Positions 24,000 through 35,372 of a DNA stretch of 64,000 nucleotides are shown here, one piece after another; within the stretch, counting starts at the first letter, position 1, and the number at the start of each line of letters is the position of its first letter. This DNA is from Raillietiella orientalis (taxonomy: Eukaryota), in assembly GCA_036172245.1 (NCBI GenBank), contig JAYWIR010000041.1, positions 434,001-498,000 of the forward strand. The letters are read 5' to 3'. The position numbers were made by a program, and so were the translations under genes. Below the pieces are notes generated by a model, which was given only the letters and a program-made list of their open reading frames with translations, searched no databases and was not told where the DNA came from.

Positions 24000-24740
24000 G
24001 AGGCGTGGACGTTGCACGCATTTCGAGCTTATCGGCAGCCGAAGAAGTTGACTGCTGCACTCTCGCCCGCTTCTCCATCGACGGAACTATGGATGGCGGT
24101 AGCCATCATGGATCATGTGCGAACGGAGGGCCCAAAAGGGATGGGACCTGCGTCGGTGTGGCCGCAGCCTCCGCGCATGTGGCACCAAGCGCCTCGAGTT
24201 CGAATTCCGCTCGGCGGACAAGTCGACTCCCCGAGAAGTGGAGGAGGCGTGGTAGGTTTTCGAGTGCCTCGCTGGACGACTCTAGTTGGTCTGCAGGCGT
24301 CGGGTGCGGCACTGGTGGAAGCCGGATGCCCCCTTTGACCAGCCGGAGTTGGAAGCTGACCCTCTGGGTCCTTTCGGGAATCCAGAAGACCTTCGGGGCT
24401 GCTCTCCGATTGCGAGAATGGAGCCATTACTATGGAGCTGCTTGGTATCCTCTATCTTGGAGGGCTGCCTCCCGAGTGTGAGAGGCACACTGCTCCCGTC
24501 GGGGTTGCTTTCAGAGGAGAAGTGGAACAAAGAGCAGTTCCCTTGAGGATTCCTTCTGGAGGAGAAATTCGGTAGCGAATCCCTTTTTGCAGGTTCCCTT
24601 CGGAGACGACCAGAGCGAATGTGGGAGAGTGGTGTCCTACGGGATTCCCTCCTGAGCGTGGGACGGGAGCGGACTCCCTTCTCCGGAGCTCTTCCTGGAT
24701 TCCTGGGTTCTCCCTTCCTGAGATCCCCCTAACAGGTGAC
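24000..24740 (-). repeat. Repeat family B, copy 2 (inverted)
   Basis: 24060-24375 is the reverse complement of 39660-39975 (shared GCCATCATGGATCATGTGCGAACGGAGG). The reverse complement of 24490-24720 matches 56340-56580. Confidence 0.85.
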
Positions 24741-27089
24741 GCGCGCACTGCGGCTTCCCCACGTTTGGAAATTTCCTCGTGGGGAGGTCTGGCGGCCGCC
24801 GCAGGTCGGTCCCTGCTGCTCGTTCCGCGCCATCCCCCCGACCTGGTATCGACCCCGCGAGGGGAAGAGCATAGCCGCCGGAAAAGGACTCTGGTGGCAG
24901 CTGCCCCACGGCCGAGGACTCAGCGCCAGCTCCGAGTTCCCCGCGGCGAGGACGACCTCCTCGGGAGCGCGGGAGCTGGCGTGCAGCCCGCGAAAGTCCA
25001 GACTTGCTCGGGAAGGGAGGGAGGGAGGCAGGGAAGGCCTACTCGATTACCCTTCACATTGCCGGAGGGAGCCGCTTGCTCGCTCCCTTTCTCCCGCTCG
25101 AATTCCACTTCCCACTCCGGACGTCAGCGTGAAGTTCCGGCTTCGAAGCCGCCCTCCCCATGTTCCCGATTCGTCTTTCCCTTGCAGACAGAGAGAGGGA
25201 AAAAGAGAAATCGATCTCGTCCTTATTTAACTTTATTTATTTATCCTGTGAAGGCAGGATAAAAAAGGGCTGCGCCTTGGCGTCCAAACCACCTTTTCCC
25301 GTCGAACGGTCGCTGAGTTCCTGTTCAACGGGAACAGACAAACGTCCCGGGCAAGCAGCGCGTCTGTACACATACAGCAGGGAGGGGGGAGAAAGCGCGC
25401 GAGCGCGTGTACATCCACCGGGGAGCACGCGACCTCGAAAGACGAATGACCAGCGAATCAAGTGGCGTGACCTGCTCTGGGAGGACGGCGGAGCGAGCGC
25501 TGCTGCTGCATCAACACATGTGCTTCAAGTGTCACGAAAGACATTGTACAGGTCGAATCGAGCTCAGCAGGATGAAGTCGACGGATTCGTCATGTAGGTG
25601 CAGCAGCTCCTTCCCTCCCCTCGTATAACGCAGTCCTGCCGTACCTTCCTCGTTACACGAGACTCATGGGTTACCGCGATTCATTTCTAAAAGTATCTCT
25701 CCTAGGATTGGTTAAAGATGAAAAACACATCTTGAACGTTGCAGCAGTAGGATGCTTATCATCTCACGTTTTGAAAAAAAAAAAGGGGGGGGGGGACGAA
25801 AAGCGTCCGTCCTTCAACGTGAAGGGAAAAAGGGAAGGCCTTTCGAGTTTTGCTGCTGCTTGCGTCCATTTGAGCAGCACCCTGGTTTCAGCCCTCTTCT
25901 TCCCGGCGCCTCCCCGCGCTGTTTTTCTCGCGAATGTCCGAATGGAGCAGAAGAATCCGGGCCGCGCGCTTGCGTTCTTTTCGGACTCGCACCGTGGCGC
26001 CCAGGTCCTTCCGCGGGGCTGGCAGAGCCCGCGTTAGACGAGGGCTGCCCCGCCGTTTCCCGCCGCGCGCCATGCAAGGGGTGTCCGCTACTCGAAATTC
26101 GTGCTGCTTCTTTCGCTCTCTGCACCCCGGTTCTCCACCACTTTCGGCGGCAGAGGATCGCCAGAGGACGCACCGTCCTCCCTCGCCTTTTCTCGGACGC
26201 GTGCTCCTTTCGGTGCTCGCAGCTCCCGCGCTCGCGCCCGCTCCCGAAGGTCGCTTTCGCGTTCTCCCGGTCGCGCGCCACCCGGGCTCTTTGCGATCCG
26301 CGCTGTGCGGTAGGGTGGTGCCGATTCCCGCCTTGGAGAGGCCTCGAGGGGGCGGCTGTCTGCACGCGCCCTTTATGGCCTCGTCCAGTGTTTTCGAGGA
26401 ACGAGGGGGCGAAGGGATGCGGGGGAAATGATCCCCGCCTCGGTCCCCTGGAAGCGCTCGGCGTCGTCGGCAAAGGCGCCGTGCGTCATCTGTGCACCGA
26501 ACAAGATGGCGCCTGCGGGGTTCCCTCACGCCGTAAATCCCCTGCCGGGGCCGACACACGGGGAGGGCGCTATCAGGATGGAAGGGAAGGGATTCCTCCG
26601 TCACGTGACCGGAACCCCCCCTTGTGCCACCGAGCGTCTCTTGCCCGCAGGGACCGAACGAAGAAAGGCAGAGGCGAGCCACCATCTCGCTGCCGAGTCC
26701 CGTGGATGGCGGTGCGCGCGCCCCGAGGAAGACGCACTGCATCTCTGGAACGACCCTGCGCTTCTGGACCAGGAGGGGAGATCGCTGGACTCCGGCCGCT
26801 CTTCCCACTCGGCGCTTGGCGGGTCCACTGGACAGCTGCCCCAAGAGTGGACGGATGGTCCCCTCCGGGGTCCTTGGAGGGCGGTGTCCATCCTGACGTG
26901 GCATGAGCCACCGGAAGGTGCAGCGAGCGGGCGGAGAAATGGGAGCAGTTCCGCAGAAGGAAGATTGACAGCTTCCATATGGAGATGGATCGCCGGCGCT
27001 GGAAGCGGTCTCCAGGGGAAACGCGTCTAATTGACGCCGCATCTTCGAGGCACTCTTGATGAAGAGCTTCGGCGTGGAAACAGAACTCG

Positions 27090-28750
27090 GGGGAACAAAG
27101 GGAGATCCAAGAGAACCGCCGAAACAAAGGGAGGGCGGCTGTTCAGCTTCCTGCCGCTCGAAGGAGCAGCGCGGAAGATCACGGAGAGGGAAAAGGGCGC
27201 GCGTCGCGGCAGTTTGAGGGCGGTACGGCCACGGGCATGCGCACTCGAAGCGCGCTCGGTGTGAGGGTAGAGAGCGCGAACCAGACAAGCCCGGCTTCTC
27301 GCGGGCTCATCACCCCCGAGCGTCTGGGTCGCCGATGGGTCCCGGCGGAGCTCTCGGGCGTGCAGCGGAAATGCAGGCTTTCCCCTACGTTCCGTCACAG
27401 CGTCGCTCCTGTGCACCTGGCGACTCCCTCTCCCGAGCCTGGTCTTTCGGCGGTTATGGGACCTTCCCTCCCCCCACTCACCCCTCATTCGCTGACGGCG
27501 GGCGCGCATCTGCCGACCAGGACCTGCGGTTTTCGCTCGGTGGGCTCCAGCAGCGACGGTTGCTGACCCCTCTGGTGGTTTCCAACGCTCGTGCAAAAAG
27601 TCTTTCGGCTGAGAAACGGGGAGGAGGAGGTCGACCTCGCCCAACATCTCCCATCTCGGGATCAAGGAATCTCTGCATCGAAGTCATGCGATGCGGAGAC
27701 GTCTTCGGGTGTGGAGGCTATTTGAGGACACCGTCCCCTGTGGTCGCCGGGCAACTCGGTGCAGCTCTACCTGCGCTCGAAGACTCCAGAACTTCACTTT
27801 CGTCACGAGAATCGTGACCTTGAGATCGTGCCCAACTCTGCACCATGATTGTTGGCACAGTTACTGCAGAGTGACTTTGCACTGTTCGTTTCTTCCTTCC
27901 TTCCTCGCGACCATCTTAAGCCATCTGAAAATGCAAGGAATGAGCAGCACATCCGTTGCTTCGCCATCTCCAGGTTCTCCAAATCCCAAAATGCAGCAGC
28001 ATTTTTAAATCCAAAGGACACTCCGAGGATCGCGTTGCTTTGACAGAAGTGTCTTCCTTGAAGCGCAGCTTCTTGCTCTTGGCTGAGCAGAAGGAGCGGA
28101 CCGACTGGCTCTACGATCAACGCACCAGTCCATCCACAGCGGGATCACAGTGGATCCTCCCTTGCCCGATGAACTTGTGATGAATACGTGACTTTATTCT
28201 CGAAGTCGTTTCGACGTCCTCGTCTTCCACGCTGCACGCTCGAGTTTCGGGATTTTCCTGCACGTGCTTTTCCCACGCCTTTAAGCAGCCAGGCCTCGGA
28301 CAGGGTAGCTCCAGAAAGTCCTCGGCTACGGCCGCAGCCACGAGACCGTGATTGGGGGAGGAGTCTGCTCGCCAGCTACAGCCCGGCTCGGGAATTCCAA
28401 GTCTCAGCTCACTCGCAGCCGCGTGCTTGAGGTGCACGTGGAGTGGGAAGCTGCGGTGACGCTGGGGCGCCTGATCTCGGAGACCAAGCGATCTCGGTGG
28501 GTTCGACCGAACCCTCGAGAGGAGCACCCTCCTTCTGGAGACGCACAGACAGCTCGCAGATGGGTGGAACGTTGCGCACCCCTTTGCCCCATTGGTCCGG
28601 AAAACTCCATCGTTCCGAGCTCCAAGGCGACTCGAAATTTACGTTGTTCGCACCTTCCAGCAAGCGCAACTATGTCGACATGGCGCAATGGATCACGGTG
28701 GCGACGTCTCCGTGATCCACTGCGCTTCCATACAGAGCCGTGGATCCAGC
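27090..28750 (-). mobile_element. DIRS-like RNase H and YR relic
   Basis: Minus strand: THLRAV (LELRAV-like, ~28555), KFIGQG (YINxQGG-like, ~28170), ACLVRALY (LCPVRAL-like, ~27280), FSLSVIFRAA...VLLD (LSxIxxAAxW...YxLD-like, ~27190-27100). Confidence 0.5.
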
Positions 28751-28970
28751 GTGGAGCTCTTCCTTTCCTTTTCGGGTGACAGCAGTCCCCTTTTTCCTGG
28801 AACACACGACCTCTTGTCCTCGTTTTATGCTTCCATTGCATCCCCTTTTATATCTGAGAACGTTCGAAGCTGAAACGTGAGCGGGTATGCAGGAAAAAAA
28901 AAGGAAAAAGGAAAGAAAATTCTCCGTTCCGTGCTCCTGAAGCAAAGCTGAGGAGGGTCAGCATGTTCAG

Positions 28971-29282
28971 ATGATCTGCACCATCCATTACCACACCAGG
29001 AAGGACAACCTGTTTGTTCTATTTCCACCGCCCGGTTTTCACAAACAAGTGAGCAGCCTTGAACTATCCGAACCACTCCAGCTTCAGTTGGCTATTTTTA
29101 GAATAGGAAGGCACCTCGAGGACCACGAAACAACTCTACTTCTTCCGCATCGAAGAGGACTCGAAGGAAAATTCAGACAGATGGGATTGCAAAAGGGTGA
29201 TGAAAGATGGAAGGGGTACTTCAGCAGGATTCACCGGGAAGGGAAGATCGACTGGGAGCTGCAAGAGTCGTCTCCTGAGTAG
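28971..29282 (+). mobile_element. DIRS MT-domain-like fragment
   Basis: NLFVLFPPPGFHKQV resembles the LYAFPPxxLIxxV motif; this is a single motif only. Confidence 0.3.
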
Positions 29283-30783
29283 GGAGTTCAGGAAGTATTC
29301 TGCCCGTGTAAACTGAAGGCAGTACCATTGTTTCTGAGATCAAGGAAAGGCGGGAAATCCATGGTGAGATCTCTTTGAAGCGAAATCCATGATTGAGTGC
29401 CTTTGTCTCGAGAATCTCTGCTGGAATTCTCGGAAAATGAGTCCCCAGGGTCGGAAGTTTTTGTAGAGGGAGGCAGATGTGATAGATACAAATAAAATAA
29501 CCCCCGCATTTGCACTCAATTACAAGCCAAAAGTATTCAAGAAGATTTCGCTTCAAAGAGCGCGTGATTAAAACGGAGCGGCGTCTCAATGCGGAGTGAG
29601 CCACCGAAGGTGGATACTGCGCATGCGTCGGAATACCCAGGGGGATGTTCCGTCCACCAGAGAGCGTGTTTTTCCAAGTTTTTTCCGAATTCTTAAAAAA
29701 AATCTCTCGAAGATCTTCGAGAACGCGCCGATCGTCCGAAAAATTTTTAGTGCTTCGGTTTCGAAGGAGATGGCGCGATCAGGCGAAGAGGTGACTTCGT
29801 GGCGTGCGAGCAGGCTGGGAGCCTTTCGAGAGTGACCGGGGTTGGTGGGCGCCACTCGGATTCCCCAGCTGAACAAAAACAAAGACAACAGGACTCGCAT
29901 CTCGAGAGGGAAATCTTTCCAGACCCGCGTCCGGCGGCTCGGCAGGGTTTGCGAACGCCGGAAGGCAGCCGCTGGCAGTTGCGAAGCTGCTGTGAAAGTC
30001 ATCTCACCGTTCACGTTGTTGCCCTGGGTTCCCATTTCTGCAGCAGCACTCGGGTAGCGCAAGCAGTCCCGAGCAGCCGCCCGTCTCGAATTCATTCTTT
30101 GGCAGGCAGGAAGTTTATTCCCGTGGCTTCCAGTGGTGCACTATCGGGATGCGTTCCGTGCGAGAGGCGGCGGCCTTCCTTGCCGCCGGAAGGTGTGCAG
30201 GGTCGCAGGGAACGCGCGTGCAGACGCTCACCTTCCTGGCACCTCAGGAAGGGAGGCGGGCACGCGCGTTTCGGTGGGATCCCGATGGCGCCGCCTTCGT
30301 CTCTGCAGTCGCCGCCTCTCTGACCCGCGTGTGTTGATCCGGCTCGGAGCTGCTGGAGGCGACGCCTTCCGGCCTTTCGCCTGGTGGGCAGCGGAGATGC
30401 CGTCCGCTGCTCCTCTCTGAAGCCTGGGCCTTTCTTCCGAGTCTGGGACGTTCCAGCGGACTGAGGAGGTGACGGATTAGTATCTCTCAGTGTCTCAAGA
30501 TGAAGCGATTAGGAGCGCGTGGAATCCTCCTCGATCCCTGCCTGCTTTTTCTCCCGAGCCTTTCGGGCGCGGTGCTTGCCCGAGGGCATTTGGGCTCTTC
30601 GTTCCATCGCGCATTAAAACAAATTCCCTTTCTCCTGAGGAAATTAGGGGATTTGTCTCGTTCGGCGCGTCAATTATGTCACTGTAGCCGAGCGAGGTTA
30701 ACGAGATTCTCAGCCGTCTCCAAGGCGACTCGAACATCCGCAGGGACTTCTGTTCTCTTGGCGGTAGCTCTTGGTTCTCTCAA

Positions 30784-30817
30784 GCGATAGGGGAGGTTTT
30801 TAACCTTCCCCTATCGC
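30784..30817. other. 15-bp stem hairpin with a one-base bulge
   Basis: GCGATAGGGGA-GGTT-TTT-AACC-T-TCCCCTATCGC. Confidence 0.9.
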
Positions 30818-31439
30818 CCCAGTGATTTGGGAGGAGGGGGAGGGGGGTGCGCCACGAATTACAGGAACTTGAGTTTTCGAAAGAAGAGAGGCTCTCTCTC
30901 CGAGCCGTAATCCCACCTTATCAGCAGAACCTCCGCGCGGATGCACAACTGAGTGGGGACTTTCCAGGATTACGTGCAGGTAATTCCCATCCCGGAGTTT
31001 CCAGATTCCTTTCCTCGGTGGTTCTTGGTCCCTAATTACCTGGCTGCTTCCTCTTCCGAGGACGTCTTCATGTGGCGTGAACATGTCGCTCTTCATTACG
31101 CTCAGGAAGAAGGAAACAAGTAGGCAACATTGTCTTTTCTCCTCCACGCCCGGGAGTTGTGCGTGCGCGCGCCAGCAGTCCGCGCGGGGAGACGCGCAAC
31201 GGAAAGGAAGACGAGAAGGAAGGGAGGAGGAGGAAAAGAAAAGGAGGAAGAGGAGGGACGCTCCGCTTTTGTCCGGGGCTGGCCGTCGTCGTCCTTCTTT
31301 TCCACCCTACGGTGGGATGCAGAAGATCCGAACATCCGTCATCATCTTTCGGTGGTTTATGCTGTCCAGGAAGCCACGTGAGAGGAGCACGAAACACACA
31401 AAAAACGGGAATGCTGGAAGTGGAAACGCGATGGCGTGT

Positions 31440-33110
31440 GTTGACAGTGAACATCGGATGTTCTCATTTCTTGCCAGCGTGGACGAGGAGTCACATGGTG
31501 CCTGTATCCGGGAGGATTTCTCTCCCACACCATCTCTCAAGAGTGCGTTTCGAACGGGGTACCCTAGTCCAGGAAGATGGAAACTGCGGTCACTCAGGGA
31601 GCTGTAGGCGAGCACGGTCGATGGGCTGCTTGGATGGGCCAGTGAACGAGAACAGCGCGATCAGATCCGTGGTTCCCAGAATTCGAAAGGGGCTCTTCAT
31701 CTTCCACCATCCGACCTCGTCCTCTTGCCAGCGCTTATCGGTGACTGGGGCACGCTCTGATACCCCCCAAAGCACGCTCCTGTCTCTACGAGACGTGGCT
31801 TGGATCCAAGCGATCCCTAGAGAATCGGTTTCCTGGACGACGGAGCTCACACTCGCTTTCGCCGGCCTCTCTGGTCTTCAGGCTCCATGGAGGACCGTTC
31901 GGTGGATCCCGGGAGCTTCGGGAACGAATCCGGGAGCAGGAAGTTTCCCGGAAACCACACGGGTCGAGTGGAATGGCGTGGGCGGGAGGGAGATCGGGAG
32001 AAACGAAGTCCTGAAGGAGACGATGATTCACAGAGAAGACGCCTTGGAAGTTTCCGGAAGCTGCGACCTTTCCGCGTGATTGGACGATGCGCGGGGCCAC
32101 CGATCCTCGGAGTCTCAAGGGACACTATATCTGGATGACCCTTAGAGCGCCGACGCTGCTGGGGCTCTCGGAAGGAAGCTCGCAACCCTGGCGGAACGTC
32201 GCCGTGGCAACGGCAAGTTTATCCCTCTCGGCGCTCTCTCGCATCCATTCCATCCATGAAGGGAGGACAAAAAGCAAATATAAAAACGCAGCCGTTGAGG
32301 GCGGGACTCGTTCAGGACTCCCGCGGCTCCTGATGGTTGGCCAAGGAGGGCAACCGGGGCCTGCAGGACGCGTACGCAGTCGTGGGGAACCGCGCGCGAT
32401 CGATCGTGGTCGATGCTCACGTCGTTCCCCACCGCGATGCCACGAACGTCCGTTGCCTCGTCTCCCGTATCTCAATGCGTCCGCGGCGCCCGTTCTGGAA
32501 AGTAGGTCAGAAAGAGGTGGCTGGAAGGAAGCGTCGAACCGGAGGAAGCGTCGGCCACGAGCGCTCTTGCTTTCCTTTTTCCGCTCTTCGGGACTCCCGC
32601 GCATACACTTCTTGTGGCGCTCCAGGAATCGCTACCACCGGTGAATGCACATGGGGACTTCAGCTGTGGTTGCCCGACCGGGTCCCTCTGAGATTGTCGT
32701 TTTCCCTTTCTCCATGTTTGTACACTCTGCCACCATCATCTTCACTCGAGAGGAGAGCGGCAGTTGATTCCAGGTGCATTGGTTCCTGATACTCTCTCCG
32801 CTTCACCTTCTGCGTTTTCCTATGAGCCGTTACGAAAGAACGGAATCTCCCCTTCCTCCACGATTCCGTCCATATGGCGTGATTCAGATCCTTATTTACC
32901 TGGCACTTTGACCTCAGAGCTTTCGGCTGTTCGAGCGCTCGAGGATCCAAACGTCCGAGGTCTGACCTCGGCGTCTCCATACCGACGAAGACGACGCTTG
33001 CCGTCAAATGCCGGGATGACTGGGCCGTTTCCCTTGGGATGGAGGAACGGTCGTCCTCAGGGAGCAGCGACAGATGGGAGTCGTGGAAACGGATAGATGA
33101 AATCCGGTGG
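31440..33110 (+). mobile_element. Ngaro-like YR retrotransposon relic (RT N-terminal part and YR tail)
   Basis: GCLDGP...SVVPRIRKGLFIFHHPTS (GxxxGP..VVPK..GxFRLIHHLS-like), RDVAWIQAI...TELTLAF (DAxxxI...KxDxxxAF-like), and LGMEERSSSGSSDRWESWKRIDEIR at ~33035-33105 (G....GRWxS...YIR-like). Confidence 0.5.
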
Positions 33111-35189
33111 GTCGCTGCTGCGAAGTTGACCTCTCGCTCGAAGACGGACGATCCGATGCGTCTCACGAGAATTCGACTGCCTGGCGTCGAGGCAGACGAT
33201 TTTTTTTTTTCCTTCTCTTTTCTGTCCCCTCCAACCCTGATTAAAACATCCTGCCTTAATTGGACGCAGCGATAGCAATCTGGGATTTCACTTCCGAACG
33301 AAGCCTGGAACTCTGGCAGCTGCTTCCCAAGACACACACGTAGCGCATCGGAGAGACGCAGACACTAAAAAGAGGAATAAATCCAAGACGGAGCGGATAG
33401 ACAAAAAAAAAAAAAAAAATGGAAAGTTCGTAGATATTATCTATTCGTAGACTGAAGATCCCTGCTTCCTGCAGTGGCCGTGACTCCCTATTGGAAGGAA
33501 GAGAGCTTTAATGGGTTTCCAAAGAAACGTCTCACGGTGCATTAGCTCGCAAAGTTATTATTACTCGTTTAAAGAACTCATCGAGCTGTTCTGAAGCGCC
33601 CTCGCCGGCACGGGGCGACTTTCATCTTCCAGGCAGGCACGGCGCATGCTAATTTTCCGAAATGTTGCAGGGGCTGCGGGCGGCGACTACCACTCACTGC
33701 CTCTCCGCGGCAACGGCGACGTCCACACGCCGGAACGGAGACTGTCCGGCGCCCCGCTGCGCCGGTTCCTCAGCGGAGCCGGCTGCTCCTCCGAGACGTC
33801 AGGGTCTTTGGAACGGTCGTCCACGGTCCGGATCGAATCGGGAACATCGACCGCGGCGAATCGGGAGAAGAACGCACCTCGCGTTGAAACAAAGTTGTTC
33901 GTCCGGGGCTCCCACGGGGGGTCCAGCGGCCACGGGGTTGCGTCCGCGACGTCGAGACAAAGACCATAAACAACCTTTCGGCGCGGTCAGAAAGACCAGC
34001 CGGTTCGCGGGTCTCGGGTGACCTGCGTGGAAGGCGAACCCCGGAAGAAGTTTTCGTTGTCCCCCCCCCCCCTTCTCCCTCCTTTTTAGAGGGGCCTCTT
34101 GTCACTCAAGCGGAGCAACAAGGGCAAGGGGCATTTTCGAACGGAGTGGACGACCGATTCTTCCCCGCTAGCCGAGGAGCTTCTCGGCCGTCTCTGCCCC
34201 GGCTCGAAAGCGAATCTTCGCTTCCTTCAGAGCAGGGTTGACGGGATAAGGAGCATCCATCCTGGAGAGATCTTTCTTCCACTGCAGTCAAGCGAAGCAG
34301 CAGGCTGGGCGACCGACCTGCTCCTTCGCTCCGAAGTCCTTCCGAGCGCCGGACCTCTCTCAACTCGCCACCACCGGCAACCGGCACCGTTCCCGCGTCG
34401 TCCCCAAACTGCCTGTCGCTTGGAAGCCCCCCCCCTCCCTCTTCCCTCCTTCGAGAGCGCTTCTCTCTCCCTTTTTCCTTGTTCGAAACGAAAGCCATTC
34501 CGCCCGTCGCTGGCCTGCTTTTATTCACACTCCGTGGTCTTCGTACGCAGCTTCCTGTAGACAATGGGCACGGCAATTTCGCTGTTTGGAAAATTGACCG
34601 CGCATGCTCCGCGACTTCCAAAACAGACCCCATCCATTTTTTTTTTTCTTTTGAATGCTTTCTCCTCACTTCCAAACTTCATTATCCCACCCCTCCAAAC
34701 TTCCTAAACGTCAACGCAGCAGCAGCATTCCGTCTTGTGAGTGTTACGCGACACCCCCTACCATTGGTGTGAGACCCCATCCTTCTCCAGAGGCGACTCA
34801 TTTCATCATTGCTATCCATTTGGATTCGAACCCCTGTTCCATGCTCGTGATTGGAGGCCCGATGTCTTTCCAGAGTTCAGTTCCAAGGGGCACAGGGCAC
34901 TGATCCGGGACTACAGATGTCAAGTCTTTGGACCCACGCGGGCTCTCCCGCGGCTCGATGGGAGCGCAGCAGGCCTCAAAGTGTTCCTTCAAGGCCAGCA
35001 ACGAGCAACCACGGCGGCTCATTTCGGCGGATGAGACTTCTCTTCGGCGCTGTTCCTTTGCATCCGAATCTGCATCCGTCGGCTACCCGGAGCTGCACAT
35101 CTTTTCTTGGAGATGCTACACGCTCCCTGGTCCATTTTGGAATCCGGTGGCGAGGGGATGTTTTTCTCCAAAGCAACGAAGTGGAATGA

Positions 35190-35372
35190 CGAGAGGAGGT
35201 AGAGGAGCAGGAGAAGAGGAGGAGGAAAGGAAGTGGATGATGGCGACGAAGGCGACGACGACGATGATGATCATGATGAGAATGATGATGATGATGATGG
35301 CAATAATGTGGAAGAGTAGGGGGAGGAAGGAGGAGGAGGAGAGGAGAGGAGAAGAGGAGGAGGAGGAAGAAA
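35190..35372 (+). repeat. Compound GAG/GAA/GAT/GAC trinucleotide low-complexity tract
   Basis: Runs of GAGGAG, GACGAC and GATGAT read directly. Confidence 0.9.

Noticed and set aside
25752..27288. Long overlapping ORFs (466 aa minus, 384 aa plus); likewise 52782-53987 (401 aa)
   Set aside because: They are rich in R/P/G/S/A, open in several frames at once and contain no domain, as expected in high-GC DNA.
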